In this document: positions 9,096 through 16,035 of the stretch, piece after piece
How the letters are laid out: every line of letters begins with the position of its first letter
Numbering within the stretch: position 1 is the first letter of the stretch
From: Escherichia phage BEC1-17
Length of the DNA: 53,042 nucleotides
Sequence record: MN158218
Direction: 5' to 3' (one strand)
Made by a program: the position numbers and the translations under genes
The notes under the pieces: model-generated
The model's database searches: none
What the model saw: the letters and a program-made list of their open reading frames with translations, nothing else
Told to the model about the DNA's origin: nothing

Positions 9096-9957
9096 CGACC
9101 TGCAGAAACGTATTGACATCAAGATAGTAGAAGCCCACGAAAGAGAAGAACGACGCGGGCATCTTGGTGCATCGCAGATAGGACACAACTGCTATCGCTA
9201 TCTTTGGCATGTACTGCACTGGTCGTTCAAGGAGAAGTTTACGGCTAAGCAACTTCGTCTGTTTGAACGTGGTAACCTTGAAGAAAGCAGAATTGTAAAG
9301 TGGCTTCGTTCCGTATGTGACGAAGTGCTGGACGTCAATCCTAAGACTGGTAAGCAATGGCGCATACATGAATTCAATGGCATCTTCTCTGGGTCTTGTG
9401 ACTGTGTGATCAAATACAAAGGCGTATGGGCACTTGCTGAGTTCAAGACGCACGGCGATAAGTCGTTTAAAGAGTTAGTCAAGCTCAAGTCTGTTAAAGC
9501 AAGCAAGCCGGTACACTACGCCCAGATGCAGGTATACATGCGGAAGCTTAAGCTGAATCAAGCTGTGTACATTGCAATCAACAAGAACACCGACGAGATG
9601 TATTTTGAAGTGGTTGAGATTGACTTACTGGAAAGCGACATACAACTGAGCAAAGCAGAGGCTGTCGTATATGCGGAATCTGGTTTGGATATGCCGAAGA
9701 TTTCTGAATCGCCTATTTGGTGGGAGTGCAAGCCAGGAATGTGCACGTACCATCACTTGTGCCACAAAGGAGCAATGCCCGACAGGAACTGCAGAACCTG
9801 CCACTATAGTAAACCGCTTCAGGGCAAAGTGTGGTATTGTAACAAGCACCAGAAAGAGCTCGAAACACTCGAAGAGCAATTAGCAGCTTGTGATGATTAT
9901 CGCCCTGCTGATGTCTTCCCGCAGGATGAGAAGCCCGTTAAACTTTCCTTAAAATAA
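9079..9957 (+). CDS. PD-(D/E)XK-type nuclease with Cys-rich C-terminal domain
   Basis: D..EFK-type motif (WALAEFKTHGDK); C-terminal cluster of about eight Cys; track start 8962 is an in-frame extension into the deaminase gene. Confidence 0.45.
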   Translation: MPSPFDDLQKRIDIKIVEAHEREERRGHLGASQIGHNCYRYLWHVLHWSFKEKFTAKQLRLFERGNLEESRIVKWLRSVCDEVLDVNPKTGKQWRIHEFNGIFSGSCDCVIKYKGVWALAEFKTHGDKSFKELVKLKSVKASKPVHYAQMQVYMRKLKLNQAVYIAINKNTDEMYFEVVEIDLLESDIQLSKAEAVVYAESGLDMPKISESPIWWECKPGMCTYHHLCHKGAMPDRNCRTCHYSKPLQGKVWYCNKHQKELETLEEQLAACDDYRPADVFPQDEKPVKLSLK

Positions 9958-9959
9958 AA

Positions 9960-9989
9960 GTATACTTTACCACAAGGAAGTGGTATAAT
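9960..9989 (+). promoter_or_regulatory. sigma70-like promoter candidate with extended -10 (TGG-TATAAT)
   Basis: TATAAT 9984-9989 with TGn; upstream GTATACTTTACC element. Confidence 0.45.
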
Positions 9990-10015
9990 ATATAAAGTTA
10001 ATGAGGAGATGATAA

Positions 10016-11686
10016 ATGGCTTTTGAAGCTCGTTGGTACCAGGTTGAAGCGGTCACAGCTTGGTGGTCGTACTTCAATTCTTATAGTGGTAATCCACTTA
10101 TTGTCATGCCGACAGGTTCAGGTAAATCGCCTGTGCTTGGTATGTTGATGAAGGATATTCTTACCAGCTATCCCCGTCAGCGCATTCTTATATTGACACA
10201 CGTCAAGGAGCTGGTAGAACAAGACGCCAAAGCGATTGTACGCCACTGGCCACAAGCACCAGTATCAATATACTCTTCAGGTGTAGGACACAAAGACTTT
10301 TCAGGCCGTATCGTTGTAGCGTCAGTGCAGTCGATTATTAAGAACCTGGAAGAAGCAGGTAAGTTCAATCTTATATTCATTGACGAAGCCCATCTCGTTC
10401 CTGAGAAGTCTGAAACAACATACCGTAAGGTTATTGCTCATTTCAAAGAGCTTAATCCTAAGGTAAAAGTAACAGGACTTACAGCAACTCCGTATCGCCT
10501 GGCAGGTGGTCACTTACTTGACTGTGGTATATTTACCGACATCTGCTATGACCTTACAACACCTGACGCATTTACCAGACTGGTAAATGAAGGCTTCCTG
10601 TCACGCCTAGTCAACAAGAAAGTGTTAACCAAGATTGACACCAGTAATGTTGGTGAAAGGATGGGTGACTACATCCCGTCAGAGCTTGAGAAGGTAGCCA
10701 ACCAACATAGTATAACAGTCGCGGCTATTCGTGAGATGATGCACTACGGTAAAGACAGGAACCACGTTCTTGTATTTGCCACAAGTGTTGAGCACGCCCA
10801 CAACATAGCAGACGAGTTTAATCTGCGAGGTTGGCAGACTGTAGTTGTGCATGGCGGTCTTACAAAGAAAGAACGTGAAGCCGCACTGGAAGAGTTTACA
10901 AGCGGACGAGCACGGGTCTGTGTAAACGTAAACGTATTGACGACAGGATTTGACTATCCTGAGATTGATATGCTCGGCATCTTGCGCCCGTCCACGTCTG
11001 TTGCTTTGTGGGTGCAGATACTCGGTCGAGGATTACGTACAGCACCTGGTAAGCATGACTGTCTTGTCATGGACTTTACGTCTAACACCATTGACCTTGG
11101 ACCTATTGACGACCCGGCTGTTCCGCCACGTCTTGGTAAGAAGAAAAAGAAACGGTCAGAGAAAACACCTGGCGGTAAAGAGTGTCCTATCTGCCACCAG
11201 GTAAGCGGCTATGCTGCTCGTACGTGTAAGCATCCGGCTAAAGGAAGTACGCCAGACGAGAATGGAGTATATCCGATGTGCGGGCATGAGTTTGAGTTTA
11301 CAGTTAACGGACCTGCTATTGCCTTCACTTCATCAGAAGAAGAGGTAATGACTAACGGTCAGCTTCGTGTTGTGGATAAAGATGTTACGCTGGTAAACTA
11401 TTCTTTATTCCAGAAGCAGGGACGACCTGACAGTATAAAGGTTGTGTACTACTCAAACCTGGAAGTGTATACAACATGGGTAAATATAGAGGCCCATGGT
11501 AATGCTAAGCAAATGGCAGACGCCTGGTGGCGTAATGCTGCAGGAACAGAACCGCCTGAAACATGCGATGAGTTTATTCGCCGTAAGGGTGAGCTGGCTA
11601 TTCCTAAGCGCATCAAGGTATGGATTAAACGACCCTACCCACAAATCATGAACTACGACTGGGGAAATGGCTATGGCGCTCGATGA
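10016..11686 (+). CDS. SF2 DEAH-box DNA helicase with C-terminal zinc-ribbon
   Basis: Walker A PTGSGKS, DEAH box FIDEAH, TATP motif III, CPICHQ...CKHP Cys pairs. Confidence 0.8.
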   Translation: MAFEARWYQVEAVTAWWSYFNSYSGNPLIVMPTGSGKSPVLGMLMKDILTSYPRQRILILTHVKELVEQDAKAIVRHWPQAPVSIYSSGVGHKDFSGRIVVASVQSIIKNLEEAGKFNLIFIDEAHLVPEKSETTYRKVIAHFKELNPKVKVTGLTATPYRLAGGHLLDCGIFTDICYDLTTPDAFTRLVNEGFLSRLVNKKVLTKIDTSNVGERMGDYIPSELEKVANQHSITVAAIREMMHYGKDRNHVLVFATSVEHAHNIADEFNLRGWQTVVVHGGLTKKEREAALEEFTSGRARVCVNVNVLTTGFDYPEIDMLGILRPSTSVALWVQILGRGLRTAPGKHDCLVMDFTSNTIDLGPIDDPAVPPRLGKKKKKRSEKTPGGKECPICHQVSGYAARTCKHPAKGSTPDENGVYPMCGHEFEFTVNGPAIAFTSSEEEVMTNGQLRVVDKDVTLVNYSLFQKQGRPDSIKVVYYSNLEVYTTWVNIEAHGNAKQMADAWWRNAAGTEPPETCDEFIRRKGELAIPKRIKVWIKRPYPQIMNYDWGNGYGAR

Positions 11687-11894
11687 CAGAGAACTATTTG
11701 AACGGGTAGCAACCCAGGCTAAAGCTTTACCACGGCATGTTCGCCGACAGCTTATTATATACTTGCAGGATATGAGCTGTGCAAACTGCCGTAGCTTCCA
11801 GGCAGGAGGCTGTCTATTATCCGGAGGCAAAACACCACCGCCGGCAGTCCTGTCTTCCGGATGTAAACTTTTTGACTATGATGTGCCTTTCTAG
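11667..11894 (+). CDS. hypothetical Cys-containing small protein
   Basis: 75-aa ORF overlapping helicase 3' end by 20 nt. Confidence 0.3.
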   Translation: MAMALDDRELFERVATQAKALPRHVRRQLIIYLQDMSCANCRSFQAGGCLLSGGKTPPPAVLSSGCKLFDYDVPF

Positions 11895-11921
11895 ACACTA
11901 ATGAAAAAAGTTTAAAAAAAG

Positions 11922-11953
11922 GTGTTTACACACTCTTTTAAATGACGTATATT
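11922..11953 (+). promoter_or_regulatory. sigma70-like promoter (TTTACA-N17-TATATT)
   Basis: GGTGTTTACA at 11921-11930; -10-like TATATT 11948-11953. Confidence 0.45.
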
Positions 11954-12001
11954 AACTCACGTAACGAACAAACATTAAGCCCTGTAGACGAGGAAAAAAT
12001 T

Positions 12002-12469
12002 ATGAGCGAGAAACTGACTTTTGTAACTGGTAAAGAAGAAGTTAACGGCGTACTGTATCCAGCAGCTGGTACTGGCGCGCGTTACGTATGGGACCTGGCT
12101 GATAAAGCCCATGAAGAAGGCAAGTCCAGCTCTGACGTTATGGACGAAGTTGTTGCCACTACCGAAATGTCCCGTGGTACTGTTTCTTCCCAGCTGACCT
12201 ACTGGCGTAAAGCCACTGGTAAAGTTCTGGCTAAGCGTGTTGATACCGCTAAAGCAGAACGCGATGCTGCTAAAGCCGCTGAAAAACAGCGTAAAGCTGA
12301 AGAGCGTGCTCGCATCAAAGCTGAAAAAGCCGAAGCGAAAGCTGCTGAGCAGATTCGCAAAGCTGAAGAGAAAGCTGAAAAAGCTCGCCAGAAAGCAGAA
12401 GCTGCTAAAGCTGAAGCTGCTAAACTGGCTGGCGCGATCGAAGGCGACAACGAAGAAGTTGCTGAATAA
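12002..12469 (+). CDS. Ala/Lys/Glu-rich protein (histone-H1-like low-complexity C-terminus)
   Basis: ATG 12002 after GAGG; C-terminal ~70 aa made of KAAEK/AEKA-type repeats. Confidence 0.5.
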   Translation: MSEKLTFVTGKEEVNGVLYPAAGTGARYVWDLADKAHEEGKSSSDVMDEVVATTEMSRGTVSSQLTYWRKATGKVLAKRVDTAKAERDAAKAAEKQRKAEERARIKAEKAEAKAAEQIRKAEEKAEKARQKAEAAKAEAAKLAGAIEGDNEEVAE

Positions 12470-12485
12470 TAGCGCTGATCTGAAC

Positions 12486-12503
12486 GCACCTCTACGGAGG
12501 TGC
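12486..12503 (+). terminator. hairpin GCACCTC-TACG-GAGGTGC after 12002..12469
   Basis: 7-bp perfect stem 17 nt after stop; weak T-tract. Confidence 0.3.
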
Positions 12504-12720
12504 ATTCAATGGACATCCTTACATCTCTCTTCTTATCAACAATCAATTAAGCCTGGTGTGTTGAAACAGTGAGGGTGTCCAGTGAATGCAGTTCAATTCT
12601 GCTCGCTGACCGAGATTTGGTAAAAGCCGTGATGTGTGAGGTTCGATTCCTCCGACGCTGAAAAGGGTATTGGCTCGCTACCTTGACCCCAGGCGCCTGG
12701 TGTAGACGGCGGTCACAATT

Positions 12721-12807
12721 TTAGTTGTGGTGTTTTGGCGTATCTTTTTGACACCCGTCGGGTGCAGGTTATCCACAATAACTCAGGTGCTAAGACACCA
12801 CAACTAA
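12721..12807. repeat. 13-bp perfect inverted repeat TTAGTTGTGGTGT / ACACCACAACTAA (arms 12721-12733 and 12795-12807), ~61-nt spacer
   Basis: read directly; spacer contains palindrome CACCCG-T-CGGGTG. Confidence 0.8.
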
Positions 12808-12814
12808 GGTTGTA

Positions 12815-12893
12815 CTTGCTGTGTGCTTTTGCCACTCCATCGGTGTGATAAGTGCAACGCTCTATACTTTCCGCGGTGAGAGCACACAGCAAG
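12815..12893. repeat. 13-bp perfect inverted repeat CTTGCTGTGTGCT / AGCACACAGCAAG (arms 12815-12827 and 12881-12893), ~53-nt spacer
   Basis: read directly; extendable to ~15 bp. Confidence 0.8.
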
Positions 12894-13087
12894 TAACGCA
12901 TATGTGATTGGCTACTCGATGACACCTCCTTTTCGTCTCGTCGCGGGGATTAAAATGGTAAATCTTTTGGCCAATCTCATATGCGCTGCCTGGTTGCATA
13001 GTTACGATGCCTTGTATCTCCTTACGCCACCCTGCCAAAAGGACCAGTTAACGCTGGTCCTTTTTATTTTTACCAGAAGCGTAAAAA

Positions 13088-13120
13088 GTGCTTTACCACT
13101 AGAGAGTGATGTGGTATAAT
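13088..13120 (+). promoter_or_regulatory. sigma70-like promoter (TTTACC-N17-TATAAT with TGG extended -10)
   Basis: AAGTGCTTTACC at 13086-13097; TATAAT 13115-13120; 26 nt upstream of the ATG at 13147. Confidence 0.55.
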
Positions 13121-13146
13121 AAGTTATCTTTTAGAGGAGAGATACA

Positions 13147-13545
13147 ATGAACCTACAACGTGTTGCTGAAGCTTATTACAGGATTTGGATACTTCGGCTA
13201 GAGGGCCAAATCGACTACGTGAACACCGTCGGCCGCGAAGATTACTTGCCTGCATCTTCTTTCCAGGAAGTATGCAACATTGCTCAAACTCTTGAACATG
13301 AATTTGATAAGGTCAAGTTTACACGCGATGTGCAAACAAACTTTATCAAGTTTGAAACAACCATGCGCTGTAAATTCCCGTTTATCAAGCGCATATCCCG
13401 TACCGGCCTTTTCATTGTTCCCTTTCCTGTGGGTAAAGAACGTTGGGACACTTTAGAACAGGCTCGTCATATTATCTGGTCTACAGAAATTAAACGTAAG
13501 TTTATCGAAACTGTTTGTAAGGAGTTACGAAATGCGATTCAGTAA
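13147..13545 (+). CDS. hypothetical protein
   Basis: ATG 13147 preceded by AGAGGAGAG. Confidence 0.5.
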   Translation: MNLQRVAEAYYRIWILRLEGQIDYVNTVGREDYLPASSFQEVCNIAQTLEHEFDKVKFTRDVQTNFIKFETTMRCKFPFIKRISRTGLFIVPFPVGKERWDTLEQARHIIWSTEIKRKFIETVCKELRNAIQ

Positions 13546-14125
13546 AATTGCTGCAGGCGTTACCGCTTTTCATGAGAAGTTTGACCTCAAGCCTGTTAGT
13601 CAAGGCGGTAAACCTGAGTTCAAGCTTCGCTATGACCGTCTTATTGAGGAGATGGAAGAAATTAAACAAGCTAAGAAGGACGGCGATAAAGCTGGATTCT
13701 TAGACGGTATTGTAGATTTAATTTACATTGCTGCAGGTACGTTATATCTGTATGACCAGACTGCATGGTTCACCAACGAATTTGAGTATCCGATTCTGTT
13801 AACTACGCCATGCGGATTTATGGACCGCTTCGATGCTGACGGCCTTATTGTATACGTTAAGGATACTGAAGACACTCATTGCGACCGCCTGGCCCAGTTA
13901 ATTATCCACCTGATTACCTGGTGTGCAAACAACAACTGGCCACTTGACGCAGCATGGGATGCGGTACAGGCTGCTAACATGGCGAAAGAACGCGCTAAAC
14001 CTGATGCAAGCAACAGCAAGCATAAGTCTGGTCAGGATATTGTTAAGCCTGAAGGATGGAAAGCGCCTGACATCCAGGCCATTATCGACGCACACGTTAA
14101 CCCGGCTCAAAAGGAACTGTTTTAA
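13532..14125 (+). CDS. possible MazG-like all-alpha NTP pyrophosphohydrolase (dCTPase/dUTPase-type role)
   Basis: EEMEE ... D..VD acidic motif pattern; position directly upstream of the TS-family gene; weak motif-only evidence. Confidence 0.35.
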   Translation: MRFSKIAAGVTAFHEKFDLKPVSQGGKPEFKLRYDRLIEEMEEIKQAKKDGDKAGFLDGIVDLIYIAAGTLYLYDQTAWFTNEFEYPILLTTPCGFMDRFDADGLIVYVKDTEDTHCDRLAQLIIHLITWCANNNWPLDAAWDAVQAANMAKERAKPDASNSKHKSGQDIVKPEGWKAPDIQAIIDAHVNPAQKELF

Positions 14126-15009
14126 TGAAAACATACAGCACTGTCGATTCTCTTTACAGCGACATCATTTCTTTTATCCTGCGTAAAGGCGAGGATGTTG
14201 TAGACCGTACAGGTGTTGGTACACGCCGTTGTTTTGGTACAGCGTTTAAGCTGGCTTTCAACGATAACAAACTGATGGTGCCGGTGTTTAAACCTGTTAA
14301 CATCAAAGCTGTTGCTGCTGAGCTTTACTGCTTTATCAACGGCATTTCAAACGTCGACACGCTCAAAGGCTTTGGCTGCAACTGGTGGGAAGGTAACCTG
14401 CAGGATGCAAACAAACGTTGGGGTACGCCAGACAACCGTGACTTAGGTCCGGTATACGGCGTGCAATGGATTAAGCCTTTCTATAAGAATGGTGTTCTTA
14501 CTAACCAGCTTAAAGATGTTATTGAAACGCTGAAGGTTAAGCCTACTGACCGCCGGGCGTACATTACGGCTTGGAACCCACAAGAGATGGACGCCATGGC
14601 CCTTCCGCCTTGTTACCATGGTTTTCAGCTGTTCATTAACAACCGTAATGAATTAGAGCTGATGTTCCACATGCGTAGCGCGGATGTTATCCTTGGTCTG
14701 CCTCACGATATTCTGTTGCATCAGATGTTGCAGATTACCATTGCTGCTGAGCTGGGTACTGGGGTAGGTGATATGACTGTTACGCTGGGTGACTATCACA
14801 TCTATCAGAATCATATCGATGCGGCAAAGATTTTCCTGCAACGTATCGTAAGCAATTCTGATACTACACTGGACACTAACTTTGATGGTCGTCCTGACAT
14901 TAACGCAATTTACGACGTGTCAGTGTTTGACTTCACTCCTGCCGATGTTACGCCAATGGTTGAGAAGTACAAACCAATGCCAAACATCAAACTCCAAATG
15001 GCCGTATAA
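14125..15009 (+). CDS. thymidylate synthase-family pyrimidine hydroxymethylase (dCMP hydroxymethylase-like)
   Basis: TS fold signatures RRAYITAWNP, ALPPCYH (catalytic Cys), RSADVILGLPHD, GDYHIYQNH; Asp replaces ThyA Asn177 in the GLP(F/H)(N/D) motif. Confidence 0.7.
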   Translation: MKTYSTVDSLYSDIISFILRKGEDVVDRTGVGTRRCFGTAFKLAFNDNKLMVPVFKPVNIKAVAAELYCFINGISNVDTLKGFGCNWWEGNLQDANKRWGTPDNRDLGPVYGVQWIKPFYKNGVLTNQLKDVIETLKVKPTDRRAYITAWNPQEMDAMALPPCYHGFQLFINNRNELELMFHMRSADVILGLPHDILLHQMLQITIAAELGTGVGDMTVTLGDYHIYQNHIDAAKIFLQRIVSNSDTTLDTNFDGRPDINAIYDVSVFDFTPADVTPMVEKYKPMPNIKLQMAV

Positions 15010-15015
15010 GATGGA

Positions 15016-15032
15016 GCGGGGCTTCGGCCCCG
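15016..15032 (+). terminator. hairpin GCGGGGCTTCGGCCCCG between TS-family gene and next gene
   Basis: perfect GC stem with TTCG loop; weak T-tract (TTATACT). Confidence 0.45.
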
Positions 15033-15039
15033 TTATACT

Positions 15040-16035
15040 ATGAGCAAGTTTAACTATGACACCAAACAAATACAGACTGCCGTTCAACAAGCTCGTCCCA
15101 TCAAGTATACTGATAGTGGTCTTATGGGCAAAATATGGATTGCAAACGGAACAATCCATTCATACTACAAGAACGTATTACTACGAGCGCCATGTAAAGG
15201 ATTCCCAGACCTGCAAGTGGATGCTGAATCATTTCGTAAGGCCGTTAATGCGGCAAGAACTGAACAGATTACTTTTAACATTACAGCCGCTGGAAACCTC
15301 ACAGTCACAGCAGGTGTACTTAAAACAAGAATGCAAGCGCTTAATGAACCAATACCGCCACTTGCTACAGTTAACAACTGGTATTCAGCGCATGGCGAAT
15401 TACTCCCGGTATTAACTGCCTTAGCCAAGTGGGTACCTAACGAAGCACCGCAGGTATGGGCAACATCTTTACTTCTGCGCGATGGTTATGCTTACGCAAC
15501 TAACGGTAAGTATATGATACGCGAGAAGTTGAACGTAGATTTTGAATTTGAATGTGCCATAGCCAAACCAATGCTTGAGGCTCTGGTTAAGCTGAAGATG
15601 GAACCCACAAGTGTAGGATACGCCCGCGGCCAGATGTTCTTCGGCTTTGCGGATGGTGTACAGATGGATGCTCCGGTACTAGCAGCCAAATGGCCAGACG
15701 TATCGAAGTTCTTCAATATGGAAATGGATATGCAGGCCATCACTCCTGAGTTCCTGGAAGTCATGGACCAGCTTACTGGGTACGACGAAGGTCAGGCTAT
15801 TCTGGAGATAACAGGCGAGTCAACTGCAAAGGCAGACTTACCAGATAAGATTATTCCAAAGATGTCCGTCGACATTAAGTTCCAGTCGACTAAGTTTAGT
15901 AAACCGTTCAACTGTGTTATTAGTCAGATGAGTAAACTGGCTAAAGGCATGGAAAGAATAGGGCTGGGTAGTCAGGCGCTCAAAATGGAAAACTCAACTC
16001 GTACAGTTGTAATTGCGTATGTGAGAGGGGATTGA
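15040..16035 (+). CDS. hypothetical protein (upstream of and coupled to DNA polymerase)
   Basis: 331-aa ORF; ATGA overlap with polymerase start. Confidence 0.45.
   Translation: MSKFNYDTKQIQTAVQQARPIKYTDSGLMGKIWIANGTIHSYYKNVLLRAPCKGFPDLQVDAESFRKAVNAARTEQITFNITAAGNLTVTAGVLKTRMQALNEPIPPLATVNNWYSAHGELLPVLTALAKWVPNEAPQVWATSLLLRDGYAYATNGKYMIREKLNVDFEFECAIAKPMLEALVKLKMEPTSVGYARGQMFFGFADGVQMDAPVLAAKWPDVSKFFNMEMDMQAITPEFLEVMDQLTGYDEGQAILEITGESTAKADLPDKIIPKMSVDIKFQSTKFSKPFNCVISQMSKLAKGMERIGLGSQALKMENSTRTVVIAYVRGD

Noticed and set aside
11975-12546. 176-aa and 115-aa minus-strand ORFs and repetitive GCTGAAAAAGC DNA
   Set aside because: Antisense to the Ala/Lys-rich gene 12002..12469; the repeats are explained by its low-complexity coding sequence and are not a CRISPR array or separate tandem-repeat locus.
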